Part shown: one piece after another, positions 47,958 to 57,971 of the stretch
Layout of the letters: each line of letters starts with the position of its first letter
Numbering within the stretch: position 1 is the first letter of the stretch
Source: an uncultured Acidimicrobiales bacterium
GTDB taxonomy: Bacteria > Actinomycetota > Acidimicrobiia > Acidimicrobiales > UBA10347
Direction: 5' to 3'
NCBI GenBank assembly: GCA_963925805.1
Contig: CAWUSE010000023.1
Location: 1,098 to 65,097 of the forward strand
DNA length: 64,000 bases
The notes under the pieces: generated by a model
What the model saw: the letters and a program-made list of their open reading frames with translations, nothing else
Database searches by the model: none
What the model was told of the DNA's origin: nothing
Program-made: the position numbers and the translations under genes

Positions 47958-50309
47958 TCAGATAGATGCGCCGGTGGCGAGACGGTCAGCAAGTTCGGCG
48001 ACAGGGTCGCTCATCTTGACGAGGGGTCGCGGGTCGAGTTCCATCGCAGTGCGCACTGGCCAGGTCTGAGCGGTAATCAATTGCTTCACGATTTCGCGAC
48101 CCAGACGCTCGGCCTCGTTGGCCTGTTCGTTGGTTGGTGGCGCCGAGTTGTAAGACGCTTCGACGGCGAGGCCGGTGAGTTCGCCGAACGCTGGATAGAC
48201 ACTCGGCAGGTTGCGGTGAACCCGGTCGCGGAACTCCTGCAGGGTTTCGGCATTGAACGGCTCGTGACCTTGTGACTCTAGGAAGTGGGTCACCGCAGCC
48301 CATGCGAGGGTGATTCGACGACGAGGTGTGGTTCCAACACGGGCGACGCGGCGCCGATGACGCCGCCGCTTTAGTGCCGGGATACCAAGAACCCAGGAAG
48401 CGATCGCACAAAGAACAAGCAGCAGGTTGCGCAAGGCCGCCGAATCAGATCCCTGTGCTTCTACTAGCGGTTGGGCTTGCTCGGCTTCGACAGGTGGCTG
48501 CAGTTCCGTTAACTGGGGTGGGACCGGGGTCGGGGTCGGCGCTCCCGCCGGTTTCGGCTCATCGGGAGGCTGCTCGGCGCCCTCGACAGTATCGGACGTG
48601 TTGGCGAAGGAATCTTGTGCCTCGGAAAGACCGGTGTACTCGGTGGCATTTGGTGCACCTCGACCTGGTGTGGGCTCAAACGCAACCCATCCAGCGCCAG
48701 CGATGAAGACCTCGGGCCAGGCATGCGCGTGACGACCTCGGACCAGGTAAAGATTCGGGTTGTTCGGGTCTGGGTCGCCTGGCGTAAAACCTGTTGCGAC
48801 TCGGGCTGGGAGACCAATCGCTCGGGCCATCGATGCGTAGGTGCCGGCGAACTGTTCGCAGTATCCCCGCTGCACTGTTAGGAAGTCTTCGAGGCGCTCG
48901 ATGTCATGGCCCTTGGCCACATCGATGTCATAGGTGAAGTTGTCATGAAAATAGTTCTGCAATGCCAACGCCTTGTCATAAGCCGAAGTCATCCCGGCCG
49001 TAAGTCCTTCAGCGATTTGGCGGGCAAGCGAGCTGTAGTCGTCTGGGAGATCGAGGTACCGATCATCGACAACCTGGTTGCTGCCGGCAGCGAGCTGGCG
49101 CAAGGTCTCACCCGTGAACCGTGGGATCTGGGAGGTCACGGTGTATACGAGCCCGTCGGAGACTTGCTGGTCGTTCGTGTCGACGATGAAGGTGGCGCTT
49201 TCCGACTCGTAATTGACTCCAGCACCACTTAGATTCTCAAATCGTGTCGGCAGATAGGCAGCTGGTGCCCAGACCACGTTGAGCTGGCCCAAGTCGAATG
49301 TGGATGTGATTGTGTCGACCGGTCCATCACTTGGGTAATTGACAGGCAAGGAATCATTGGTTGACCGGAACTGACCCTGGGACCGCCACAGTGAGCCATC
49401 GAAGAGGTCGAGGGCAGCGATGCGCCAATAGGCCCGTTGGGTCGTCTCGACGGTGAAGAGGACTTCGTCACTCTGATTGGTCAGACGCGGTTGGATTTGC
49501 ACGAGTGGTGAGATGACCTCTAGTGGGCGGTTCTCCTCGCGAGACTCCGTACCGAGTTCGACAAGGGGAGCGTCGTTGGCACCAGGCACAGCTGGACCAC
49601 CCAGTACACCTGCCAGCGCAGCGATCACGGCAATAACCCCACCCGAAGCCATGAGTGAAACGTAACCTCGCCCAGGGCTGTGGTCGATCCATAATCCGTG
49701 AGCGGCTCGGGCAGCCGACCGGTGTGCCAGCAGGAACAAGACCCCAAAGACGAGCGCCGTTGCGGTCGTTGGCAACCGCATCTCGTCGACGCCCAGCAGC
49801 GACACGAACACCAGGACCGAGAGGAAGGGAATTAGCGCTTGGCAAGGAGCAAACAAGCGGAACGCGGCCCAGTCGACGGCGCACGCAATAAGCCAGAGAC
49901 CAAGTGAGGAGGCCACCAAAAACCCCGACACCGCAGGAACGGGCACCTTGGTGTTCTGAAAGAGTTCTTGTGCTTGTGCCATATCGATACGGAACTGATC
50001 AATAGTTGCCGAGGTCGGCACGACAACAGCCCAGGCCGTTGTCGAATAGTGAATGGCAACGAGGGCCGCTGTAGTTGCGAGCAACGAGACGAGCGCCGAG
50101 GTCACGGTGCCGAAGCCGAACCAGCGCATTGAGATCAGGACGCCGTGCCCGGCGATCAAAGTGAACAACAATGGCGCGGCGAATGTGTTGTCAGTGAAGA
50201 TGCGTTGCAACATGAAGGCTGTGGCGGCCGACGTGGCCACCAGAAGTACTTCTGACGCAAGCCATAACCAACGCAGGTCCTGGCTCCCGGATTGCCTGGG
50301 CGCTGTCAA
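47958..50309 (-). CDS. Transglutaminase-like membrane protein (TgpA-like).
   Basis: N-terminal multi-TM region. Core reads GYCEQFAG...AHAWPEVF..GAGWVAFEPTPG, followed by a C-terminal TM segment. Confidence 0.85.
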   Translation of the reverse strand: MTAPRQSGSQDLRWLWLASEVLLVATSAATAFMLQRIFTDNTFAAPLLFTLIAGHGVLISMRWFGFGTVTSALVSLLATTAALVAIHYSTTAWAVVVPTSATIDQFRIDMAQAQELFQNTKVPVPAVSGFLVASSLGLWLIACAVDWAAFRLFAPCQALIPFLSVLVFVSLLGVDEMRLPTTATALVFGVLFLLAHRSAARAAHGLWIDHSPGRGYVSLMASGGVIAVIAALAGVLGGPAVPGANDAPLVELGTESREENRPLEVISPLVQIQPRLTNQSDEVLFTVETTQRAYWRIAALDLFDGSLWRSQGQFRSTNDSLPVNYPSDGPVDTITSTFDLGQLNVVWAPAAYLPTRFENLSGAGVNYESESATFIVDTNDQQVSDGLVYTVTSQIPRFTGETLRQLAAGSNQVVDDRYLDLPDDYSSLARQIAEGLTAGMTSAYDKALALQNYFHDNFTYDIDVAKGHDIERLEDFLTVQRGYCEQFAGTYASMARAIGLPARVATGFTPGDPDPNNPNLYLVRGRHAHAWPEVFIAGAGWVAFEPTPGRGAPNATEYTGLSEAQDSFANTSDTVEGAEQPPDEPKPAGAPTPTPVPPQLTELQPPVEAEQAQPLVEAQGSDSAALRNLLLVLCAIASWVLGIPALKRRRHRRRVARVGTTPRRRITLAWAAVTHFLESQGHEPFNAETLQEFRDRVHRNLPSVYPAFGELTGLAVEASYNSAPPTNEQANEAERLGREIVKQLITAQTWPVRTAMELDPRPLVKMSDPVAELADRLATGASI

Positions 50310-51466
50310 CGTGGCCTAACGGCTTGAGTCCAGACAGCGGCGAAGTCATCGCCCTGTCCGATACTGATCATGCGACTCGAAGTTAGTCGGCCAGACCCTG
50401 CGTTGGGCTTCGCCCCCTCGGGCTCAAACCGCACGATGTGGACCCCGCTCGAGCGTCGACGACCGGTTGATATCGCTGCAATTAGCCCCTCGGCGTCCCT
50501 GGCGACGACCATGGCACCTGTTTCGGTGCCGCTAGAGCCAACCCGGAACGGAAAGGACACAGACGACGTTTTAGTTTGTTCCACGAGGGCCAGCAGATCA
50601 AGAATTTCGTCGCAACTGGCAACGGTGTCGGCAGCGTGATCGACACCGTTGGTCGTGACTAGACGAACTCGGTCTCCTCGTTCGCGACAGGCAACGACGA
50701 TACTGGCAGCCGCAGACACCATGCGCTCAAACGTGGAGGGGTCGGCGACACTGGCGCGAACATCAAGCAACACCAACGAATGGCCGTGTTCAGGGATGTG
50801 CTCATTCCGCACGACCAAGTCACCGGTTCGAGCGCTACTTGGCCAGTGGACCTTTCGCAAGTCGTCGCCGGTCGTGTACGCCCGTAGCGATGAGAACTCA
50901 TCGCCGTTGTTCCCAATTCGGTTCGGCGAGCGGTCCATCCGGTGCGCAGTTGTGCCCCCAGGTTGCGGCGGTGGGGTTATCACATCGATACGGGGGAGTA
51001 CCAACAACGTGGTGTCAGGGCCCGAAGTCCGGACCGACGATGCCAATCCGAACGGGTCCGTCACTAGCGTTTTCATTGGCCCAATTTTGATACGTCCGCG
51101 CGTCTCGGTGGGAATGCGGTAGTTCGCGCGAGCGTTGCGATGACGTCGAATCGGCGAAACATAGGCATCGGCACGAATCACGCCTTCGACCTCGTCGGTT
51201 ATCCGCGCTACTGGCGTGGGCACCAGTCGACTATTTGACAGGTTGAGCGTGACGGTGCTTATGGATCCTGCATGAAGCCGGGCAGGATCGACCATGCGCC
51301 GTACTTGTAGCGAACGCCAGTTAAGAAGCACCCACATGCTAGCGCAGGCGATCAGGGCCAGCATGGCCGTAGCCACGACGTACAACTCGAAGATTCCAAA
51401 AACGCGCCCGGCGACCAGGAATGCAACCGCAAAGACAGCAGTGGTAATGCCGGCTCGTGTCGGCAT
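50306..51466 (-). CDS. DUF58 domain protein (vWA-like), partner of MoxR.
   Basis: GDEFSSLRAYTTGDDLRKVHW motif. Overlaps the downstream gene by 4 nt. Confidence 0.85.
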   Translation of the reverse strand: MPTRAGITTAVFAVAFLVAGRVFGIFELYVVATAMLALIACASMWVLLNWRSLQVRRMVDPARLHAGSISTVTLNLSNSRLVPTPVARITDEVEGVIRADAYVSPIRRHRNARANYRIPTETRGRIKIGPMKTLVTDPFGLASSVRTSGPDTTLLVLPRIDVITPPPQPGGTTAHRMDRSPNRIGNNGDEFSSLRAYTTGDDLRKVHWPSSARTGDLVVRNEHIPEHGHSLVLLDVRASVADPSTFERMVSAAASIVVACRERGDRVRLVTTNGVDHAADTVASCDEILDLLALVEQTKTSSVSFPFRVGSSGTETGAMVVARDAEGLIAAISTGRRRSSGVHIVRFEPEGAKPNAGSGRLTSSRMISIGQGDDFAAVWTQAVRPR

Positions 51467-51470
51467 GGGG

Positions 51471-52457
51471 TTACGCGGCTCCGGCGGGAATCACCTGCAG
51501 GATCTCGTCGATGAGGTCTGGGGCGGTGACACCACGTAACTCGGCGTCATGATTTAACATGAGTCGATGCGCAAGCACATGGGGCGCTAGTGCTTTGACA
51601 TCATCAGGCGTGGCGAAGTTTCGGCCCGCTGCTGCTGCACGAGCACGAGCCATACGTTGAAGCGCAAGAGTGGCGCGTGGCGAAGCGCCCAGTGCCAGAG
51701 CTGGATGGCGGCGAGTTGCGTTGGCGATGTCGACTAGGTACCCCTGCAGCGCCGGTGAGACGTGCACCGATTTGACGGCGCGGATCATCGATTGGACCTT
51801 GCGAGTGTCGGTCACCGCCTGAATGTTCTCGAGCAGATCTACATCGCCGTGTGACTCAAGGATCTGCAGTTCGGCCTCGCGATCGGGGTAACCAACAGAA
51901 ACCTTGACCAAGAAGCGGTCTAGTTGGCTTTCGGGCAAGGGATAGGTTCCTGCATGCTCGAGCGGGTTCTGGGTGGCGATAACCATGAACGGCAGCGTCA
52001 GGCTTCGAGTAACACCGTCGGTGGTGACCTGGCGCTCTGCCATAGCCTCAAGCAACGCCGACTGAGTTTTTGGTGACGTGCGGTTGACCTCGTCGGCCAA
52101 CACGATGCCATTGAAGATTGGCCCAGGACGGAATTCGAACTCGTTCGAGTTGCGATTCCAGATCGAGACGCCAATAACGTCGCTTGGTAGCAAGTCGGGC
52201 GTGAACTGTACGCGACCGAACGGCACATCGAGCGTGGCAGCCAGCGCCTTGCCAATGGTCGTCTTGCCGACGCCGGGAGCGTCTTCAAGTAGGACATGGC
52301 CTTCGGCCAATAACGCAAGCAGCGTCAGTTGCACGACGTCACGCTTGCCCTTAACTACTTGTTCGATATTTGCTGTCATCGAGCGGAACAAATCGGTGAA
52401 CGATTCGGCCCGTGGGTTCTCAGCTGCTTGTTGAGTCACATGTCCTCCGGCTTGCAT
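51471..52457 (-). CDS. MoxR-family AAA+ ATPase.
   Basis: Walker A EDAPGVGKT, Walker B LADEVNR, ATQNP. Start is either ATG 52457 or GTG 52439 (the latter preceded by GGAGGA). Confidence 0.9.
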   Translation of the reverse strand: MQAGGHVTQQAAENPRAESFTDLFRSMTANIEQVVKGKRDVVQLTLLALLAEGHVLLEDAPGVGKTTIGKALAATLDVPFGRVQFTPDLLPSDVIGVSIWNRNSNEFEFRPGPIFNGIVLADEVNRTSPKTQSALLEAMAERQVTTDGVTRSLTLPFMVIATQNPLEHAGTYPLPESQLDRFLVKVSVGYPDREAELQILESHGDVDLLENIQAVTDTRKVQSMIRAVKSVHVSPALQGYLVDIANATRRHPALALGASPRATLALQRMARARAAAAGRNFATPDDVKALAPHVLAHRLMLNHDAELRGVTAPDLIDEILQVIPAGAA

Positions 52458-52786
52458 GCCGAGCAACGATAGCCAGTCCACGAGGTCAATCCTGGGCGGC
52501 CCGTTCTGCAGATAGATTCGGTAGGTGCTCGCAACCGCTTCATTGGTCATTCGAATTACGAAGGCCTTGGCGAAGAAACCGCAACTGATTTCTACGGCGT
52601 TTCGCCAGGCTGCTTCCTTGGCGCCCAAGCGCTGGTGGGCCTCGGGCTCGCACCTACCCATTCCTCCCGCTGATTACATGGCCTTCCGCAACACAACTCT
52701 GTCAGGCAACGCCGACGAACTACCGACCGCTCACGACGTCATCGTGTACCTCGAGTGGTGTAAATCGATGCGGTCATTGCCGGAAC

Positions 52787-53458
52787 GTGGCTGACCTTTC
52801 AAAGCCGGTACTGCGCGAGTTCTCTGGAACCGTGGCGGATCTGCACGCTCTTCCTATGCCGACCGAGAGCGAAAGCGCTGAGCTCTGGGTTATGCGTCCA
52901 ACTGGGTGTGCGGTAGTTATGGGGAGTTCGCAACGGCCCGATCGTTTCGATGAAGAGCGGCTCCGCAACGAAAATGTAGCGCTCGCTCCTCGCCGAAGTG
53001 GCGGTGGTGCGGTCTTTATTGATCCAGCATCGACGGTGTGGATCGATGTTCTGGCACCCCGGTCAAGCCAGTTGTGGTCAAGTGACTTGGCCGAAAATTT
53101 CCTGGTTGTTGGGCGACTCTGGCACAAGGCGTTGCGGTCTGTAGGAATCGAAACCGAACTTTGTGGCGAGTCGCCCGCGCGAACCGATGCCGCAGCGCTG
53201 GCGTGCTGGGCCGGTTCCGGCTGGGGAGAGCTGCTGGTTGGCCCAGCCAAGATCGTTGGTCTTTCCCAGCGGAGGACCCGTTGGGGCAGTCGAGTTCAGA
53301 CAATGGCGGTTGTCGACGGGTCGAGCGCTCGGGTTGTTGATTATCTGATGCCCCAAGACCGGGCGAAGATGAGGTCGGCGATTCCGACGCACAACCTAGG
53401 CATAGGCACTGGGTCTGTTGAGGCAGCAGTTCTGAACGTATTTGGTGCCACGAGATAG
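52787..53458 (+). CDS. Biotin/lipoate A/B protein ligase family protein (LplA/LipM-like).
   Basis: RRSGGGAVFID and KIVGLSQRR motifs resemble the lipoate ligase catalytic core. Only 223 aa. Confidence 0.6.
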   Translation: MADLSKPVLREFSGTVADLHALPMPTESESAELWVMRPTGCAVVMGSSQRPDRFDEERLRNENVALAPRRSGGGAVFIDPASTVWIDVLAPRSSQLWSSDLAENFLVVGRLWHKALRSVGIETELCGESPARTDAAALACWAGSGWGELLVGPAKIVGLSQRRTRWGSRVQTMAVVDGSSARVVDYLMPQDRAKMRSAIPTHNLGIGTGSVEAAVLNVFGATR

Positions 53459-53510
53459 AACCTAGGAAACGTTGTGGTAGCAACGATCTCTGTATCTGGT
53501 CCGGGTTAGT

Positions 53511-53577
53511 TGTGGGGAGCGGTGGGGAATTGTGGGCAATAGTGTTGACGTGTGGGGCACGTGTGGCTATTGTGACT
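53511..53577 (+). promoter_or_regulatory. Putative Pmra promoter overlapped by seven 10-bp-phased GTGGG-type direct repeats (candidate MraZ operator).
   Basis: TGTGGGGAGC GGTGGGGAAT TGTGGGCAAT AGTGTTGACG TGTGGGGCAC GTGTGGCTAT TGTGACTCCA. TTGACG at 53545-50, then 17 nt, then TATTGT at 53568-73. About 125 nt upstream of mraZ. Confidence 0.6.
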
Positions 53578-53699
53578 CCAGTTGAGTAAGCGGACTGCCA
53601 CGGGGAACAGGGGACCAATGATGGTTTTCAACGCTCAGAAAAAGCAGTTCCGTCTAGGAGTCACACGGACTCGCTCTGGGATGGGACATTCGGTTTCTC

Positions 53700-54122
53700 G
53701 TGGAATTCTTCGGCGCATACCAGCACCGCATCGATGCCAAAGGGCGCGTCGCTCTGCCTGCGGTTTTTCGCGACGGTTTCGGTGACCAACGCGTTTGCTA
53801 CATCGCCGCAGAAACCAGTCAACAGTGCCTCACCGTGTACCCCGCAGATGAATTCAGGCTCATGGTTGGGCGGCTGCAAGAGGCCAAACGCGAAGGTCGC
53901 TTTACGCAACGCCAGCTTACAAACTTCATGGCAGCGGTCTCTCAGTCATCGATCGACGCTCAGGGCCGGATCAACCTGCCTGATCACTTACGAAATTTCG
54001 CGAGCATCGATAGGGACGTCACGCTCATCGGCGCAGCCAATCACATCGCTGTATTCCCCGTTGATGTTCATAGCCCCGAGGCCGCCCTCGCTGACCTCAT
54101 CGACATCAGCGACCTGTTATGA
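53700..54122 (+). CDS. mraZ: Transcriptional regulator MraZ.
   Basis: F.G.Y.H.IDAKGRVALPA.FR, plus the second half with D.QGRI.LP..LR. 140 aa, GTG start. Confidence 0.92.
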   Translation: MEFFGAYQHRIDAKGRVALPAVFRDGFGDQRVCYIAAETSQQCLTVYPADEFRLMVGRLQEAKREGRFTQRQLTNFMAAVSQSSIDAQGRINLPDHLRNFASIDRDVTLIGAANHIAVFPVDVHSPEAALADLIDISDLL

Positions 54123-54280
54123 GCCTCGCCGGCGCAACTTCACTGCGCTCGAGTTGCCGTGCAGGAACGCCCTCTGCATGGCAATCGCCCCAACGTCACT
54201 CAGGTCAAAAAATCTCTAACAGCACAGACAGTCAGAAAAGAGACCAGAAAAGAAACCAAGGCGAAACGACGCTTCGCTTA

Positions 54281-54413
54281 CGAGGAATACGGCCCATGGG
54301 TCGTTCCTCGAAGGACACGATGGAGAGCTCCTACTCCGCCCGCTTGCCATCGAGTCTATCCTGGAGACAAAACCGGGAAGACACCAGTTCTTCGGGGAAC
54401 GACCGATGGGCCG
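54281..54413 (+). ncRNA. Candidate structured leader RNA between mraZ and rsmH (possible mraW-type motif).
   Basis: GGCCCATGGGTCGTTCC (54291-307) is complementary at 16 of 17 positions to GGAACGACCGATGGGCC (54396-412). Local hairpins: CGAGGAA/TTCCTCG and the GGAGAGCTCC palindrome. Covariance cannot be assessed here. Confidence 0.3.
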
Positions 54414-54473
54414 CTCCCGTTTCTTTCTCAATTGGGGAGTCGCTTCGATTCATCCCTTTTGAAGACTGTCATC

Positions 54474-55535
54474 ATGCTGGCGGACGTGCGGGTGAAGCTG
54501 CGCGCAGAGCCGCAAAGCAACCAGCGCGCAGAGCCGCAAAGCAACCAGCGCGCAGCGAAGTCGCTGTTGCGGGAAAAGCGGCGCAGCGAAGTTCCGCCGG
54601 CGAGCAACACTGTGTTTGAGCATGAACCCGTGATGCTTGCGGAGATAGTCGACGTTTTAGGCCAGGTTCCGACCGGCGTGTACGTCGACGCCACGCTGGG
54701 TGGTGCAGGGCATGCAACAGCGCTACTTGAACGACGAGAAGATATGTCACTCATCGGGATCGACCGAGACCCCGTCGCACGAGCCGCCGCATCACAACGC
54801 CTGGAACACTTTGGCGAACGGGCCACTGTGGTCGCTGGACGGTTCGACGCTATTGCGGAACTCGTTGCTTCATGCGAACCGCACGGGCCCGTGACTGGTG
54901 TGTTGTTTGACTTAGGTGTCAGTTCACCCCAGTTCGACGACGGCGAACGAGGTTTCAGCTACCGCTATGACGCTCCGCTTGACATGCGCATGAATCAAAA
55001 TGACTCACTCACGGCAGCCGAGATCGTCAATACCTGGTCGCACCAGGATCTGACTCGCTTGCTGCGGGATGCCGCCGACGAACGGTTCGCCTCTCGTATC
55101 GCCGCTCGACTAATCGACAACCGTCCAATCGCAACGACTGCCAAGCTGGCTGAGATCGTCACCAACGCTATTCCAGCCGCAACTCGACGTACCGGCGGCC
55201 ACCCGGCTAAGCGGACATTCCAAGCGCTCCGTATAGCGGTGAACGACGAGTTGGCTCAGATCCGTAACGCTGTGGGCGATGCGATCGATCTGCTCGAAGT
55301 TGGCGGTCGGGGAGCGGTGCTGTCCTATCACTCTGGCGAAGACCGCCTGGTAAAGAAGGCCATCACGCTTGCTGAAACGGGCGGATGCAAGTGCCCACCT
55401 CGGCTGCCCTGCGGGTGTGGTGCTGATCATAAGGTCCGTCCACTTCCTCCCAAGCTTCGTCGGGCGACACAAGAAGAAAAAGACAGAAACCCCCGTAGCT
55501 CAAGCGCGCTATTTCGCTGCTTCGAACGGATCTAA
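54474..55535 (+). CDS. rsmH: 16S rRNA (cytosine1402-N4)-methyltransferase RsmH (MraW).
   Basis: HEPVML.E, DATLGGAGH, DLGVSSPQ.D...RGFS, SYHSGEDR.VK motifs. Start uncertain: ATG 54474 or GTG 54615 (the ORF is open from 54159). Confidence 0.88.
   Translation: MLADVRVKLRAEPQSNQRAEPQSNQRAAKSLLREKRRSEVPPASNTVFEHEPVMLAEIVDVLGQVPTGVYVDATLGGAGHATALLERREDMSLIGIDRDPVARAAASQRLEHFGERATVVAGRFDAIAELVASCEPHGPVTGVLFDLGVSSPQFDDGERGFSYRYDAPLDMRMNQNDSLTAAEIVNTWSHQDLTRLLRDAADERFASRIAARLIDNRPIATTAKLAEIVTNAIPAATRRTGGHPAKRTFQALRIAVNDELAQIRNAVGDAIDLLEVGGRGAVLSYHSGEDRLVKKAITLAETGGCKCPPRLPCGCGADHKVRPLPPKLRRATQEEKDRNPRSSSALFRCFERI
54502..54549. repeat. Perfect 24-bp tandem duplication GCGCAGAGCCGCAAAGCAACCAGC, plus a 6-nt partial third copy.
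   Basis: Read directly. It is in frame with the rsmH ORF and would encode RAEPQSNQ twice. Confidence 0.95.
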
Positions 55536-55536
55536 C

Positions 55537-55965
55537 ATGGCGAACGTCACCGCGGCTCATCTGGCTGCATTACCCCAAGAACACAGCGAGCAAGCCACCC
55601 GGCGCGAGTTCGGCGTTATCGAAGGCCGTCTCGACATGGCCGCACGCATTGCCAGGTTTCTTGGAACCGCATTGCTCGTGACCTTCATAGTTGGGCTCGT
55701 CGGAGCACTGGTCTTACACGCGACCATCATTGAGAACCAGCGCGACCTCGACTCCCAACGCAGCGAAATCGCACGTATCGCGATGGACACCGAAGCGATG
55801 CAGTCCGAACTCGCAGAACTCGCAGCGCCAGCACGGATCGTTACGGACGCACGGGCCCTCGGCATGATCGAAGCGCCGTCTATTGAATATCTATCAGCGC
55901 CAGGACCGGCGCTCGATGATCGCACGCTCAGTATCGCGGCTAACCAACTGCGAGCGAACGAGTGA
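55537..55965 (+). CDS. ftsL: Cell division protein FtsL-like (single TM segment plus coiled coil).
   Basis: 142 aa with one TM segment (FLGTALLVTFIVGLVGALVL) followed by a heptad-like region. Lies between rsmH and ftsI. The ATG is 1 nt after the rsmH stop. Confidence 0.7.
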   Translation: MANVTAAHLAALPQEHSEQATRREFGVIEGRLDMAARIARFLGTALLVTFIVGLVGALVLHATIIENQRDLDSQRSEIARIAMDTEAMQSELAELAAPARIVTDARALGMIEAPSIEYLSAPGPALDDRTLSIAANQLRANE

Positions 55966-57971
55966 CCACACGTACCCGAACTTCCTGGGCGAACGCGCCA
56001 CGATCTCGACAGGCGCCAGGATCCAAGCTGGCACCCCGCCAGCGACAGAACCACCAGAGCAGCCAACCTCGTCAGGTCCACCATGGCCAGCGGCAGTCCA
56101 CGACTCGACGACAACCATCCACGCAGAAACACCCCAAATGGCGGATGTTTTTTGTTCTACTGGCTATGACCCTGATGGCCAGCGGCCTGACCTATCGACT
56201 GGTTGGGCTCCAACTCCGCAACGCCGAAGAATTTGTAGAGATCGGCCGTCAACAACGATTCCGGACGGTGGAGCTCGCCGGTGGGCGCGGCGATATTCTG
56301 GACCGCAATGGCAACCCCTTGGCGACGTCGTTGGCCAGCACGTCGTTCTTCGTCGACCCGAAGTTCGTCAAAGACCCCATCGGAGATGCGGTTCGACTCG
56401 CTCCGGTGCTGAACATGCCGGTCGAAGACGTTCGCTCGATCCTTGGCAGCCAGGGCCGATTTGCGTGGCTCATCCGTCAGACAAGCGAAGCCAAGGCCGT
56501 CGAGATTTTAGCCCTCGATATCTCTGGCGTATTCACCACGTCTGAACCCGACCGCTTTCAGCCGTCTGGGCCTGCACTTGCACGTTCTGTTATCGGCAAC
56601 GTTGATATTGACAGTGTTGGCCTCAGCGGCATCGAGAAGATTTACGACGATGTTCTGCAAGGCCAGCCGGGTGAGCTTTCGATCGAGATCGGTCGAGGTG
56701 GCCTCACGATTCCGGGTCAGCGCGAAGTAAGTCGCCAACCTGTGCCGGGATCCGATGTAGTTCTCACGATTGATCGTTCGCTTCAGTTCGAAGTGGAGCG
56801 AGTCCTCACCGGCCAGGTCGAAGCCATGGATGCCCAAGGTGGGGTCGTGATGGTGTCTGACCCTACGACCGGCGAAATCCTGGCAATGGCCAGTGTCGTG
56901 CGCAACGACGATGGCAAGGTCGTCAGCACTTCGCTGAACATGGGAACGTCATGGTCCTACGAACCAGGTTCGGTTATGAAGGCAATGACCTTCGGGTCGA
57001 TTATCGATGCTGGTATCGCTGATAGCGGTTCGCGCTCCATCGTGCCGGACTCTTATGACATGGGGGATTACACGTTTAGTGACTCGTCGCCGCACCCGAC
57101 CTATGAGATGACGGTGGCTGAAATCATTACTGTTTCGTCGAACGTCGGCACGGTGCGTTGGGCTGAACAACTCGGCGGCGCTCGGCTGGACACGTACCTC
57201 CGTGACTTTGGGTTCGGTAGCCCGGCGAATCTTGGTTTCCCAGGCGAAACGGCAGGCCTGATGATCCCGCCCGGCAGCTGGGGCGGTTTGGCCACAGCCA
57301 CGACAGCACTCGGTCAAGGGATCTCCGTCACGCCGGCACAAATGCTCGCGGCATACAACACGGTTGCGAACGATGGGGTCTACATCCCACTGCAAATGGT
57401 TCGGGAAGTCGTTCGTTCTGATGGAACCCATGAAGTCGCGCCTGCACCCGCAACCCGCCAGGTGATCTCGCCAAACGCCGCTGCGCAGGTGCGCAACATG
57501 CTCGAGAGTGCTGTCGCCGTTGGTACCGGCGTGAACGCCCAGGTCGATGGCTACCGCGTTGCTGGCAAGACGGGTACAGCTCGCAAGCCGCTTGAGAGTG
57601 GTCAGGGTTACGAAGACGGTGCAGGCAACTTCCGATACGTAGCGACCTTCGCCGGTTTCTTGCCAGCAGACGAACCGCAGTTGTCCATCATCGTTACGAT
57701 CGACCAGCCAACAGCATCCATCTACGCCGGTCATGTCGCCGCACCTGCGTTCGCAAATATTGCATCCTATGCAGTGCGCCATTTTGCTATTGCCCCGCCG
57801 CAACAGATAGCGGCTGGTCAAGCATTCGTGAAGCCCAACTTTGTGGCACCCATTCGAGAAAATCGGGTCGTCAGCGAAGTTGCCGTCAGCGCTGCGCAGC
57901 GAGCTCCGGCTGAAGCCGGCCAAGGAGACGCAGCGCTGGTCGAGAGCTTCGAGCTGGATGCTGAGGGCTGA
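55962..57971 (+). CDS. ftsI: Penicillin-binding protein (class B transpeptidase, FtsI/PBP3-like).
   Basis: N-terminal TM segment, PBP dimerisation region, and S-x-x-K (EPGSVMK), S-x-N (VSSN) and K-T-G (AGKTGTA) motifs. GTGA overlap with ftsL. Confidence 0.9.
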   Translation: MTTRTRTSWANAPRSRQAPGSKLAPRQRQNHQSSQPRQVHHGQRQSTTRRQPSTQKHPKWRMFFVLLAMTLMASGLTYRLVGLQLRNAEEFVEIGRQQRFRTVELAGGRGDILDRNGNPLATSLASTSFFVDPKFVKDPIGDAVRLAPVLNMPVEDVRSILGSQGRFAWLIRQTSEAKAVEILALDISGVFTTSEPDRFQPSGPALARSVIGNVDIDSVGLSGIEKIYDDVLQGQPGELSIEIGRGGLTIPGQREVSRQPVPGSDVVLTIDRSLQFEVERVLTGQVEAMDAQGGVVMVSDPTTGEILAMASVVRNDDGKVVSTSLNMGTSWSYEPGSVMKAMTFGSIIDAGIADSGSRSIVPDSYDMGDYTFSDSSPHPTYEMTVAEIITVSSNVGTVRWAEQLGGARLDTYLRDFGFGSPANLGFPGETAGLMIPPGSWGGLATATTALGQGISVTPAQMLAAYNTVANDGVYIPLQMVREVVRSDGTHEVAPAPATRQVISPNAAAQVRNMLESAVAVGTGVNAQVDGYRVAGKTGTARKPLESGQGYEDGAGNFRYVATFAGFLPADEPQLSIIVTIDQPTASIYAGHVAAPAFANIASYAVRHFAIAPPQQIAAGQAFVKPNFVAPIRENRVVSEVAVSAAQRAPAEAGQGDAALVESFELDAEG

